Shown here: positions 9,121-17,773 of the stretch, in pieces
How the letters are laid out: each line of letters opens with the position of its first letter
Position numbering within the stretch: position 1 is the stretch's first letter
Assembly (NCBI GenBank): GCA_937906345.1
Contig: CALCXY010000052.1
Span: 1-32,000 of the forward strand
DNA: 32,000 nt
Source of the DNA: Candidatus Woesearchaeota archaeon
Lineage (GTDB): Archaea > Nanobdellota > Nanobdellia > Woesearchaeales > CALCXY01
Direction of reading: 5' to 3'
The notes under the pieces: generated by a model
What the model was told of the DNA's origin: nothing
Database searches by the model: none
What the model saw: only the letters and a program-made list of their open reading frames with translations
Position numbers and translations under genes: made by a program

Positions 9121-9586
9121 AACAAAATCTAGGGGTATCAAGAAAATTGATCCTAATGATAATCTCTCAGAGGAATACTTAGAAAATGCAGAGGAAAGCC
9201 TAGAAGTTTTAAGAAGTATTCATAAAACTAAGTCCAAGATGTGGCTTGCAACAACTAAATACTATATCAAGTACTTTGCAGTCTACTCAATCTTTATGAA
9301 AATTGGAATTAAGTGCGAAATACATGATTGTACTATTGCACTCATTGAAAATCTTGAAAACGGAAATATTTTTGAAGTTGGCACTGCAAAGACGTTGGAG
9401 AAAGATAAACAATTAAGGATTGATAATCAGTATTATCTCAAAAACAAGGAAGTTAATATTAACTTTGATGAGCTTGCAGGTTTTATGCTTTTCATTCGAG
9501 AAGCACTGGAAAATTTGGATGAAGATAGAATTGAGGAAATTAGAGAAACTATTTTTCCTTCTAAAAAAGATACAGAAAAACAGTAG
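9098..9586 (+). CDS. HEPN-domain-like protein (putative partner of the MNT protein)
   Basis: Overlaps the MNT ORF by 23 nt; helical YYIKYFAVYSIFMKIGIKCEIHDCTIALIE pattern typical of MNT-associated HEPN proteins. Confidence 0.72.
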   Translation: MKKIEWCKTKSRGIKKIDPNDNLSEEYLENAEESLEVLRSIHKTKSKMWLATTKYYIKYFAVYSIFMKIGIKCEIHDCTIALIENLENGNIFEVGTAKTLEKDKQLRIDNQYYLKNKEVNINFDELAGFMLFIREALENLDEDRIEEIRETIFPSKKDTEKQ

Positions 9587-9615
9587 TAATCAAAAAGGTC
9601 TAAAATTAATATCCT

Positions 9616-9672
9616 AAAATTAAGGAATCCTCTGCTGCAGGTATTAGAAGGATTAAAGCTGTTCTAGATTAA
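9616..9672 (+). pseudogene. Second remnant of the alaS/AlaX 3' end ([18 protein letters not shown])
   Basis: In-frame similarity to 8371-8429; differences mostly at third codon positions. Confidence 0.7.
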
Positions 9673-9712
9673 AATAATAACGTTTATTAAACCCACTCTT
9701 CTAAGCATACGT

Positions 9713-10372
9713 ATGCCACTCTACATAATCTCAACACCAATAGGAAATCTTAAAGATATCACCTTCAGAGCAATAGAAACTCTAAGCGAAGTAGACTTAA
9801 TCCTAGCAGAAGACACGAGAAGAACACAAACCCTCCTCACTCACTACGATATTGTAAAACCCTTAGAATCCTTTAATGATCATAACAAAGAACATTCTAC
9901 CCCAACTATCATAAATAAATTAAAAAAACAAAAATCCATTGCTTTAGTATCAGATTCAGGAACACCTTGTATCTCTGATCCAGGATTCTACTTAGTACGA
10001 GAAGCAACTAAAAACAAAATTCAAATCTCTCCAATTCCAGGACCAAACGCAGCTTTAGCAGCATTAACCATCTCAGGTTTACCAACAGACAAATTCACAT
10101 TTCATGGATTTCCTCCAAAAAAAATAAAAGCAAAGGAATTATTCTTTATTAACATAAAACACTCCAAAACCACTTCAATAATTTACGAATCACCTCATAG
10201 AATTCAAAAAACCTTAGCTCTTATGGCCAAAGTAATGCCTAAATCCAATATAGTAATAGCAAGAGAACTCACTAAAAAATTCGAAGAAACCTATAGAGGC
10301 ACTGCAAAAGAACTCGCAGAAACCCTTGCAAAAAAGTCCCTAAAAGGAGAAATAACTATTGTAATACATTAG
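9713..10372 (+). CDS. rsmI: 16S rRNA (cytidine-2'-O)-methyltransferase RsmI family
   Basis: MPLYIISTPIGNLKDITFRAI, LAEDTRRT, LVSDSGTPCISDPG, PIPGPNA, FHGFPP, YESPHRI. Confidence 0.92.
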   Translation: MPLYIISTPIGNLKDITFRAIETLSEVDLILAEDTRRTQTLLTHYDIVKPLESFNDHNKEHSTPTIINKLKKQKSIALVSDSGTPCISDPGFYLVREATKNKIQISPIPGPNAALAALTISGLPTDKFTFHGFPPKKIKAKELFFINIKHSKTTSIIYESPHRIQKTLALMAKVMPKSNIVIARELTKKFEETYRGTAKELAETLAKKSLKGEITIVIH

Positions 10373-10630
10373 GAGCTTATTGACTAAGCATATAGGCTCA
10401 ACTTTTTCATGGGCGGGGGGAGGGGGTTAATACGTCAAGCTTAAAGCGTTTTTTGGCTGGCGGGAATGAAGTCACTTAAAAATTCTCTAATTAATTAAAT
10501 ATAGCAGATTAGAACTCTATAACCTAATTTCTCAAGTTTTAACCCAAATCTTTATAAATCCAAAACCCAATTTGTACTCAAAAGGAGGTGGTTACAGTAA
10601 TCTAACCTATCTTCTTTGTAAAATTAAACA

Positions 10631-11680
10631 ATGAAACCTCGGTATGAAGTATTGAGAGATATGAAAAAGAGAAAGAAGCGTTTCATTAATATACTGCCAA
10701 GTATAAGATCAATATTTACAGGAAAATCCTTATTTATTGTAATGTTTATTCTTTTATTTATTGTTTCTATTTTTTTCTATACTCAATTTGAATTTTTATC
10801 ACAAGGACCATACCAATCTCAAGCAGGTGAATCTGCTTACTTTCAAGCGTTTTATTGGCTTGTAACTACTGCAACAACTGTGGGTTATGGTGATATCACT
10901 CCTACAACAATGGAAGGAAAAATATTAGCCTTAGTTGTTATGGTTTTAGGTGTTTCCTTATTAGGTTTTTTAATCACTCAATTAACAAAATCAATTGTAG
11001 AATCAAATATTGGAAAATTATTTGGATTAAACCGAATAAGATCCTCTATTGAATATATTATTTGTGGATGGAACGATTTAAGTAAAGCTGCCTTTGAAGA
11101 AGTAAACAATTTTAAAAATTCAATAATTATTATTTCAAAAACCCGTCCTGAGATTGATTTTTCAAAAAATGTTCAATTTATGAATGGAGATCCTCAAGAT
11201 AAAACCATTTTAGAAAATGCTAATATCAAAAAGGCAAAAAATGTGCTATTATGTATGGACTCTGATTCTGAGATCTTATTAGCAATTCATATTATTAGAG
11301 AATTAAATCCTTGGATTAACATAACTGCAAAGATGAATGATCCAGAATATATTCCCATGGCTGAATCTGCTGGTGCTGACCAAGTTGTTGCACCTTCAGC
11401 AATATCTGGAAGACTTTTATCAATAGTCCCTGAGCAGCCTTATGTTGTAAAGTGGTTTCTAGGTGCTACCTCTACTACCTTAAATGAAAAATTTATTGAA
11501 TACATTGTAGGTCCAAAATCTGTTTTTGCTGGAAAAACATTAGATCTCATCAGACAATCTTCAAATATAAAAATTATTGGAGTAGAATCAACTGAAGGAT
11601 TTGAAAAACTTCCTAAAGATGATTATGAAATTAAAATAGGAGATAAATTAATTGTATTATTTGATACCTTGCCAAAATGA
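10631..11680 (+). CDS. Potassium channel, 2TM pore plus RCK/TrkA-N and TrkA-C domains (MthK-like)
   Basis: Selectivity filter TTATTVGYGD followed by an RCK domain. Confidence 0.92.
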   Translation: MKPRYEVLRDMKKRKKRFINILPSIRSIFTGKSLFIVMFILLFIVSIFFYTQFEFLSQGPYQSQAGESAYFQAFYWLVTTATTVGYGDITPTTMEGKILALVVMVLGVSLLGFLITQLTKSIVESNIGKLFGLNRIRSSIEYIICGWNDLSKAAFEEVNNFKNSIIIISKTRPEIDFSKNVQFMNGDPQDKTILENANIKKAKNVLLCMDSDSEILLAIHIIRELNPWINITAKMNDPEYIPMAESAGADQVVAPSAISGRLLSIVPEQPYVVKWFLGATSTTLNEKFIEYIVGPKSVFAGKTLDLIRQSSNIKIIGVESTEGFEKLPKDDYEIKIGDKLIVLFDTLPK

Positions 11681-13659
11681 TAAACAACAATACAATCATA
11701 CTATTATCGTTTGCAGCTGCTTTTCTAAAGATAGCTCTAGCAGGGTATGTATATCATAAAAATCACAAAGCAAAAATTAATCTTATTTTTGCCTTAATTT
11801 TTTTCTCCCAAGGAATTTGGGATCTTGGAAAAGCGTTAATGTGGCTAGCATCTACAAAAAATACTGCTTTATTATTTGGTAAAATATCGTATGCTGCATA
11901 TATTTTATCTGTTTTCTTATTTGCACATTTTTGTTGGGTATATTTAAAGAGGAAAAACTTTTTTTCCAAATCCAAACTAGGGTTATTGGTATGGTATACT
12001 CCAATGATATTCCTAATCATATCTTTATTTACAACACCACTAGTTATATCTGACCTTTCTTTCCCAGGAGAAATTGATTTAGGATTTAACTTAGAACTTT
12101 GGATGTATCAATACGGTCCTTTCTATAATAATTTCTTCCTAGTATTCCAAATGCTTCCTTTCTTATATGGATTTATTATTTTTATTGCAAAATATATTAG
12201 ATCTACTGATGCAGATTTTAGAAAGCGTTTATTATATTTAATTGTTGGATCAGGAATTCCTATTTTAATCGGAATCCCTACTGGAGTTGTTTTACCAGCA
12301 ATTGGGATAAGATTACCTCCTCATAATAATATTCTAACCTTAATCATGGCTATTCTTATAGGTATTGGAATAATAAAATATAAACTTCTTTCAATTAAAC
12401 CTACTTTAGAAACCGTTAATAAGAAAATTAAATTTTCAGAAGATATCAAAAAATCCAATCTCAATTATGGCTCTTCGTATTTAATAGAAAATCCTGAATC
12501 ACATGAAACTGCTTTCCAATTTTTCCTCTTTAATTTATTTAAAGGGAATTATGGATTTATATTAACATCTCAAAACCCAGAACATCTAAAAGAAAAATAC
12601 AAATTAGTAAATACTCCAATTTCTTGGATAACAGACCATGAAACAGATGAGAGTTCCTTTGGTCCAAATGATCTGGAACAAATTTATTCTACTGTTGAAA
12701 ATTTTGTTTTAACAGTAAAGAATTCTTTTATTTTAGTTGATTGTCTTGATATTTTAAAGGATCATAATAATTTTCATAAAATCCAGTATTTTTTAAGAAG
12801 ATTAAATGGGTTAGCTAAAGAAACAGGAGCCTGTATAATTGTTCCTAGAGGAGATTTAAAATTATCTAAGAAAGAAAAAATTGTGTTTAAGTCTGAGTTT
12901 ACCTACATAACAGGTAAAGGAAAAATGGCTTCACTAACAGGATCTATAATTGATTTATATGAAAAAAGTCCTGGAAAAGAAAAATATATAATTTTAGGCT
13001 ATACAAATGTTTCAAAATCTTTGATTAATGAATATTTGCATAGAAAAATTCCTTGTACTGTTGTTTCCACTAAACACATTATGAGAAAATATCATTCTTC
13101 AATTACTTTTATTAATAAAAACCCTTTAATTAAAAGTAATATCATGCAGTTAAAAATTGATAATCCTAATACCAATGTGATTATTACATTTGATTCAGAT
13201 GCAGATACAATTTTAGGGATTAATATGGTGAGGCATATAACAGAGAAAGCAAAAGTATTAGTGAAAGTAAATACAGATAAATTTATCGACATTGCAAAAA
13301 AAGCAGGAGCAAATGAAGTCATAGCATCCTCTGCCTTAGGAGGAAAATTATTATCATTATCATTAACATATCCAAATATTGTTGAATGGTTCATGGATAC
13401 CATCACTTCAAGAAACAAATCATTGGATTTAACTGAGATATTAATTAATGAAAAATCTCCTCTTAAAGGTAAAACTATTATTGAAATAGATAAAATTTTT
13501 GGAGACGTAGCTAACGTTTTAAGTGTAAGTAAAAAAAGCACCTTTGATCTTACAACAAATGATCATTATAAAGTAAGAGAAACTGATAAACTTATAGTGC
13601 TCGTACATAGAGATAGATTAAAACAAAATCCTAAATTAAATTCTCTGTTTAATTCATGA
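11677..13659 (+). CDS. Multidomain membrane protein: 7TM histidine-kinase-type N-terminal region, DUF835-like domain, RCK/TrkA-N plus TrkA-C domains
   Basis: Seven hydrophobic segments; GSSYLIENPE...PISWITDHE...FILVDCLDIL...IIVPRGDL (DUF835-like); IILGYTNVSKSLINEYL...ANEVIASSALGGKLLS...KLIVLVHRD (RCK). Confidence 0.8.
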   Translation: MINNNTIILLSFAAAFLKIALAGYVYHKNHKAKINLIFALIFFSQGIWDLGKALMWLASTKNTALLFGKISYAAYILSVFLFAHFCWVYLKRKNFFSKSKLGLLVWYTPMIFLIISLFTTPLVISDLSFPGEIDLGFNLELWMYQYGPFYNNFFLVFQMLPFLYGFIIFIAKYIRSTDADFRKRLLYLIVGSGIPILIGIPTGVVLPAIGIRLPPHNNILTLIMAILIGIGIIKYKLLSIKPTLETVNKKIKFSEDIKKSNLNYGSSYLIENPESHETAFQFFLFNLFKGNYGFILTSQNPEHLKEKYKLVNTPISWITDHETDESSFGPNDLEQIYSTVENFVLTVKNSFILVDCLDILKDHNNFHKIQYFLRRLNGLAKETGACIIVPRGDLKLSKKEKIVFKSEFTYITGKGKMASLTGSIIDLYEKSPGKEKYIILGYTNVSKSLINEYLHRKIPCTVVSTKHIMRKYHSSITFINKNPLIKSNIMQLKIDNPNTNVIITFDSDADTILGINMVRHITEKAKVLVKVNTDKFIDIAKKAGANEVIASSALGGKLLSLSLTYPNIVEWFMDTITSRNKSLDLTEILINEKSPLKGKTIIEIDKIFGDVANVLSVSKKSTFDLTTNDHYKVRETDKLIVLVHRDRLKQNPKLNSLFNS

Positions 13660-13665
13660 AAAAAG

Positions 13666-13721
13666 AAACTCCCTGCCTAGGTTTCGTGGGGGTGGTTAGA
13701 ATTTAGGAAGACAGGGAGTTT
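13666..13721. terminator. Hairpin between convergent genes; candidate bidirectional terminator or structured RNA
   Basis: AAACTCCCTG (13666-13675) pairs with CAGGGAGTTT (13712-13721); inner CCTA/TAGG pairing. Confidence 0.45.
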
Positions 13722-13726
13722 GAGCG

Positions 13727-14131
13727 TTATTGTTTTTTAAGTTTTAATGGCGCTTTCCTCATTTCCGTTAACCACATAATTCCAATGCGAATCATTTCAT
13801 TATTGAATCTTTCACTTATCTTGTATGTTTTCTTATACAAATCATAATCTACACAGCCCATACTTTTTAATGGAGTTAATATTCTGTCATAAAACTGCCT
13901 TTTGTTATAGCTGAGCTTTACTCGCTTCCCTTTGATTTCTTCAATCTCTGTTTCAAAGTTTCCTTCATGCAGCTTTGTAGCAAAAAAACTCATTTCTGTT
14001 TTAGTGACTTCTCCTCCATTGTCTTTGATGTATGTGATAAGAGCTTCTCCTACTATTTTCTGTTGCTTTGTTGCAAAAAGTACTTCGAATATATTATCCG
14101 GTAAATTAAACCGGTCAAATAACATGACCAT
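13727..14131 (-). CDS. Uncharacterised protein, possibly winged-helix DNA-binding
   Basis: 134-aa ORF with helical/wing-like pattern (QFYDRILTPLKSMGCVDYDLYKKTYKIS). Confidence 0.6.
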   Translation of the reverse strand: MVMLFDRFNLPDNIFEVLFATKQQKIVGEALITYIKDNGGEVTKTEMSFFATKLHEGNFETEIEEIKGKRVKLSYNKRQFYDRILTPLKSMGCVDYDLYKKTYKISERFNNEMIRIGIMWLTEMRKAPLKLKKQ

Positions 14132-14209
14132 AGAAATACCATAAGATTAACTAGTATATAAATATTACGTTTTTTTACACTAGTATACGTTTCTCTATAT
14201 TAGCTATAT

Positions 14210-14746
14210 TTAGAGTTTTTCCTTATTTATTCGTAAATAATACCCTGCAAGGTTAGCAATAAAATGCAATGCCCCATAAAAAATAAAAACCCAAAGCCCT
14301 ACAATAAGAGAAATCTCCACTAGAAAACTGACAAAAATCATAGAACCAATAATCCAATCTATTTGATCAAAAGGAATCCAGGGCTTTCCAGGCGCTATCT
14401 CTAATTGTCTCTTAAAAAAACTCTTAACAGCATCTCCTAATAAACTCCCTAATCCAAGAGCTAATCCTAATAAAACAACATTAACACTAGAATAATCTAT
14501 TAAACTATAATTTATCCATGATAAATAAAATACTTTTTGTAAATACACCATTAAAATCGCAATTATAGTTCCAATTACAATTCCTTTGAAAGTCTTATGA
14601 TCTCCAAAAATTCTCTTCCCTCTAAAACTCTTCCCAAAATCAAGAGGAATATCCAAAAACTTCAATTTAACAAATAAAGGAAGAACCATATTAGCTAAAG
14701 CAGCAGGCAAGAACAACCAAAGTCCTTGTATAATCTCAATTATCAT
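14210..14746 (-). CDS. carS: CDP-archaeol synthase (CarS/DUF46 family)
   Basis: RIFGDHKTFKGIVIG, GLALGLGSLLGDAVKSFFKRQLEIAPGKPWIPFDQIDWIIGS. Confidence 0.93.
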   Translation of the reverse strand: MIIEIIQGLWLFLPAALANMVLPLFVKLKFLDIPLDFGKSFRGKRIFGDHKTFKGIVIGTIIAILMVYLQKVFYLSWINYSLIDYSSVNVVLLGLALGLGSLLGDAVKSFFKRQLEIAPGKPWIPFDQIDWIIGSMIFVSFLVEISLIVGLWVFIFYGALHFIANLAGYYLRINKEKL

Positions 14747-15291
14747 GGGAACCTCTTATGATATTGATAAATAGTTAACACACTAAAAATAACTAACAGC
14801 ACCATTAAATACAATCCTACTCTAATTTGTTCAAATACAAATAAAAGTAATATAATATATTGGAAAACTGTAGATATTTTCCCCATCACATGAGATGTGC
14901 TTGCAACATTAACATCTTTAGTTTTAAAAACATATAACCATGTAACCGCAACTAAAACATAAATATCTCTTATCAAAAATAAAAACAAATACCCTATATG
15001 AATTTCCCTAGTATAAAATAATAATATTGCTAACACAAAAATTAATACTTTATCTGATATCCCATCAATGAACCCGCCTAAATCAGACGCTACATTAAAT
15101 TTTCTTGCTAAGTACCCATCTAATAAATCAGTTATTCCTGCTATAACTAATATTACACTTAAAAACCAGATATTCTGATAAAAAAAGAGAACAAGCACTG
15201 CTATCACTATCCGTATTAAAGAAATTCCCATAACAACTCTTTTCATAAAACAAATTATATTATCATATTTAATAAAACTTGTCATTACCAA
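14743..15291 (-). CDS. CDP-alcohol phosphatidyltransferase family protein
   Basis: DLLDGYLARKFNVASDLGGFIDGISDK resembles the DGxxARxxxxxxxxGxxxDxxxD motif; overlaps carS. Confidence 0.92.
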   Translation of the reverse strand: MVMTSFIKYDNIICFMKRVVMGISLIRIVIAVLVLFFYQNIWFLSVILVIAGITDLLDGYLARKFNVASDLGGFIDGISDKVLIFVLAILLFYTREIHIGYLFLFLIRDIYVLVAVTWLYVFKTKDVNVASTSHVMGKISTVFQYIILLLFVFEQIRVGLYLMVLLVIFSVLTIYQYHKRFP

Positions 15292-15305
15292 CTATAACAT
15301 ATAAA

Positions 15306-17186
15306 TCACGCAAAAAAAGCTTTAATCCTCTCCTCATAATCTTTAGCTAATTCTATACTATCAGCTGGAAAACATTTTGCATAATTCGGCCATGTATACC
15401 TTTCATCTAAATACAAAATAACTCCTCTATCAGTTTCGCTTCTAATACATCTTCCTGCATTTTGTAAAACTTTTGTGATAGCAGGTAAGATATATCCATA
15501 ATCCCATCCTCTGCCAAACTTTTCATTATAATAAGTTATTAATTCCTTTGTCTCAAGATTAGGTCTTCCTAAAGGAATACCTACAATAACAACACACTTT
15601 AAAAAATCTCCAGGTAAATCTATACCCTCTCCAAAGGATCCAGAGGTTACACCCAACAATACAGCACCTGAATTTTTAAATTGTTTAAACTCCTCGAGCA
15701 TAGCAGCTTTTCCTTCCTTTGAGAGTCCTTGCTTTTCAATAATGATACTTTTTTCACTCGCATCCTTAAAAAATAAATACACTTGATCTCGTAAAGAATA
15801 ACTTGGGAAAAACACTGCTGTATTTCCTGGAACAGTTTTACTAATAGTAACAAGAATATCACTTATTTTTTTAAATTCTTGCTGTGTACGTTTAGTATAT
15901 TTAGTAGTTACAGTAGGAACAACCAAACTAATCTTATTTTCCTCTGAAAAAGGATCCTCATATTCTTTTTCAATTGTCCCAAGAGGATATCCTAGCAATT
16001 CACTATACATCTCAGTTGGAGTAAGAGTTCCTGACATTAAGATGCTTGAATGACACTGTTCTAATACTTCCTCAGAAACAAGGGAAGGATCTAAACACTT
16101 GTAATGTAAATTCAAAAACGCTCCTGCTTTCGATTGATCAATAGAAAATATCCTAGCATATCCCTCATCAGGCCCTTTCCAGTTTTGTAAAAAGTTTCCC
16201 ACACTAGAAATAAAACTTTTCTCTTTTTGAGTTTTAAGCATACTTCCATAATATTCACAATCTTCATGAACTTTCTCATACTCTTTAATTTTATTTAAAA
16301 AATCATTCTTATCCACACTTTTTTCATCACCAACATTTAATCCTTGAGCATACCCATTAAGAATATCTTGAATCTCTACTAATGATTCTAAAACTTCATA
16401 ATCATTGTCTCTTGCTTCTGTTACAGCATTTTTCAATATGAAATTACTTAACTTATCTGTATTGAGTTCTTGTAACCTGCTTGGTAAGTTATGACCTTCA
16501 TCAATGATGATAATACAATCCTCTAATCCTTTTCCTATTTTTTCAAAAAAAGTATCTCTGATAGTAGGATGAAAAACATAATAGTAATCAGTAACAATAA
16601 CATTGGCTTTTTTAGCTAATTCAGATGCCATCTCATAAGGGCATAATTTTTTACTAGCACATGTTTCCTTAAGTTTTTCAGATGACATTAACTTTTTTTC
16701 AATTTCTTCAATAAATATTCTCCCTTGAACAGATAAATGCCCATTATTTTTTTCACGAACATTAGTATAATAATCACAACTAGTATCTTCTCTTAAACTT
16801 TTACAATACTCATTAAACTCTGATGAATTTAATCTCTCCACACTTTTTTGCAGACACATCCATTTTTTGCCTATAAAATCTGCAACTATAATATCTGTAT
16901 TGAATTTTTTTTTAATAAGCCCTAAAGTTTCAATAGCAATCATATGTTGAGTATGCCGAGAAGTTAGAAACAAAACAGTTTTATTATTCTTAAGAGCATA
17001 ACTTAACGCAGGACTTAACGCAGCTGCAGTTTTCCCTAATCCTGTTGGTGCATGCACCACAAGATGTTTTCCTTCTTCAACAACTTTCTTTACATCATCC
17101 ATCATCTCCTTTTGAATCTCTCTGACAGTTTCAAAAGGAAATAAGTCTTCTTCAACTTCTTTTTTCTCCATACATTGACCGAACAT
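15306..17186 (-). CDS. XPD/Rad3-family FeS-cluster DNA helicase
   Basis: VHAPTGLGKTAAAL, IIIDEGHNL, four Cys in the FeS region, SFGEGIDLPGDFLKCVVIVGIPLGRP, QNAGRCIRSETDRG; start may be Met at residue 6. Confidence 0.92.
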   Translation of the reverse strand: MFGQCMEKKEVEEDLFPFETVREIQKEMMDDVKKVVEEGKHLVVHAPTGLGKTAAALSPALSYALKNNKTVLFLTSRHTQHMIAIETLGLIKKKFNTDIIVADFIGKKWMCLQKSVERLNSSEFNEYCKSLREDTSCDYYTNVREKNNGHLSVQGRIFIEEIEKKLMSSEKLKETCASKKLCPYEMASELAKKANVIVTDYYYVFHPTIRDTFFEKIGKGLEDCIIIIDEGHNLPSRLQELNTDKLSNFILKNAVTEARDNDYEVLESLVEIQDILNGYAQGLNVGDEKSVDKNDFLNKIKEYEKVHEDCEYYGSMLKTQKEKSFISSVGNFLQNWKGPDEGYARIFSIDQSKAGAFLNLHYKCLDPSLVSEEVLEQCHSSILMSGTLTPTEMYSELLGYPLGTIEKEYEDPFSEENKISLVVPTVTTKYTKRTQQEFKKISDILVTISKTVPGNTAVFFPSYSLRDQVYLFFKDASEKSIIIEKQGLSKEGKAAMLEEFKQFKNSGAVLLGVTSGSFGEGIDLPGDFLKCVVIVGIPLGRPNLETKELITYYNEKFGRGWDYGYILPAITKVLQNAGRCIRSETDRGVILYLDERYTWPNYAKCFPADSIELAKDYEERIKAFFA

Positions 17187-17500
17187 GCAGTTGTATATAT
17201 AGTTTATGTTAATAAAACGAAAATAATCTAGAAAAATTAAAATATGATGATCTTATTTTTTTTGTTTATCAAGATAATTTGCTATGTACCATACTACATA
17301 TCTAACGTAAATCTTTATAAATCTTACTCTATTAATATTTCTTAATACAAAATCACTCCTCTAAATAATTAACTCTTGTCACCACTATGGTACAATTATT
17401 ATCGACAAAAAACCAAAACCTTTAAATACCAAATAACCATTCCAAAATATAGTTTTAAAGCAATAAAAGAGGTCTAAAACATTTTATGGGGGGTTCAAAA

Positions 17501-17770
17501 ATGAGCAAAGAGAAAGTTTTCAATGTTTTTTTCAGGGAAAAACCTGCTATGATGTTAATAGGCTTAAAAAACGCCAAAAACCAAATATATGCTTCTTCAT
17601 TAGCAAAACAAATTGACTGCACATATTCGCATGTAGTTAAAATTTTGCAAGAAATGGAAAAAGCAGAGCTTATTCAATTCGATAAGCAAGGTAGATTAAA
17701 GCTATTATCCTTAACAAAAAATGGTTTTGATGTTGCTGATAATATCGAAAAGATTAGAAATATGCTTTAA
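17501..17770 (+). CDS. Winged-helix (MarR/ArsR-like) transcriptional regulator
   Basis: IYASSLAKQIDCTYSHVVKILQEMEKAELIQFDKQGRLKLLSLTKNG; start placed at the second Met of ORF 17486..17770. Confidence 0.8.
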   Translation: MSKEKVFNVFFREKPAMMLIGLKNAKNQIYASSLAKQIDCTYSHVVKILQEMEKAELIQFDKQGRLKLLSLTKNGFDVADNIEKIRNML

Positions 17771-17773
17771 TTT

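Noticed and set aside
9420-9617. Plus-strand 65-aa ORF
   Set aside because: Alternative frame of the HEPN-like gene; the HEPN frame is better supported.
11763-15862. Shadow ORFs 11763-12020(-), 13092-13541(-), 13932-14144(+), 15647-15862(+)
   Set aside because: Each lies antisense to a well-supported gene and has no recognised domain.
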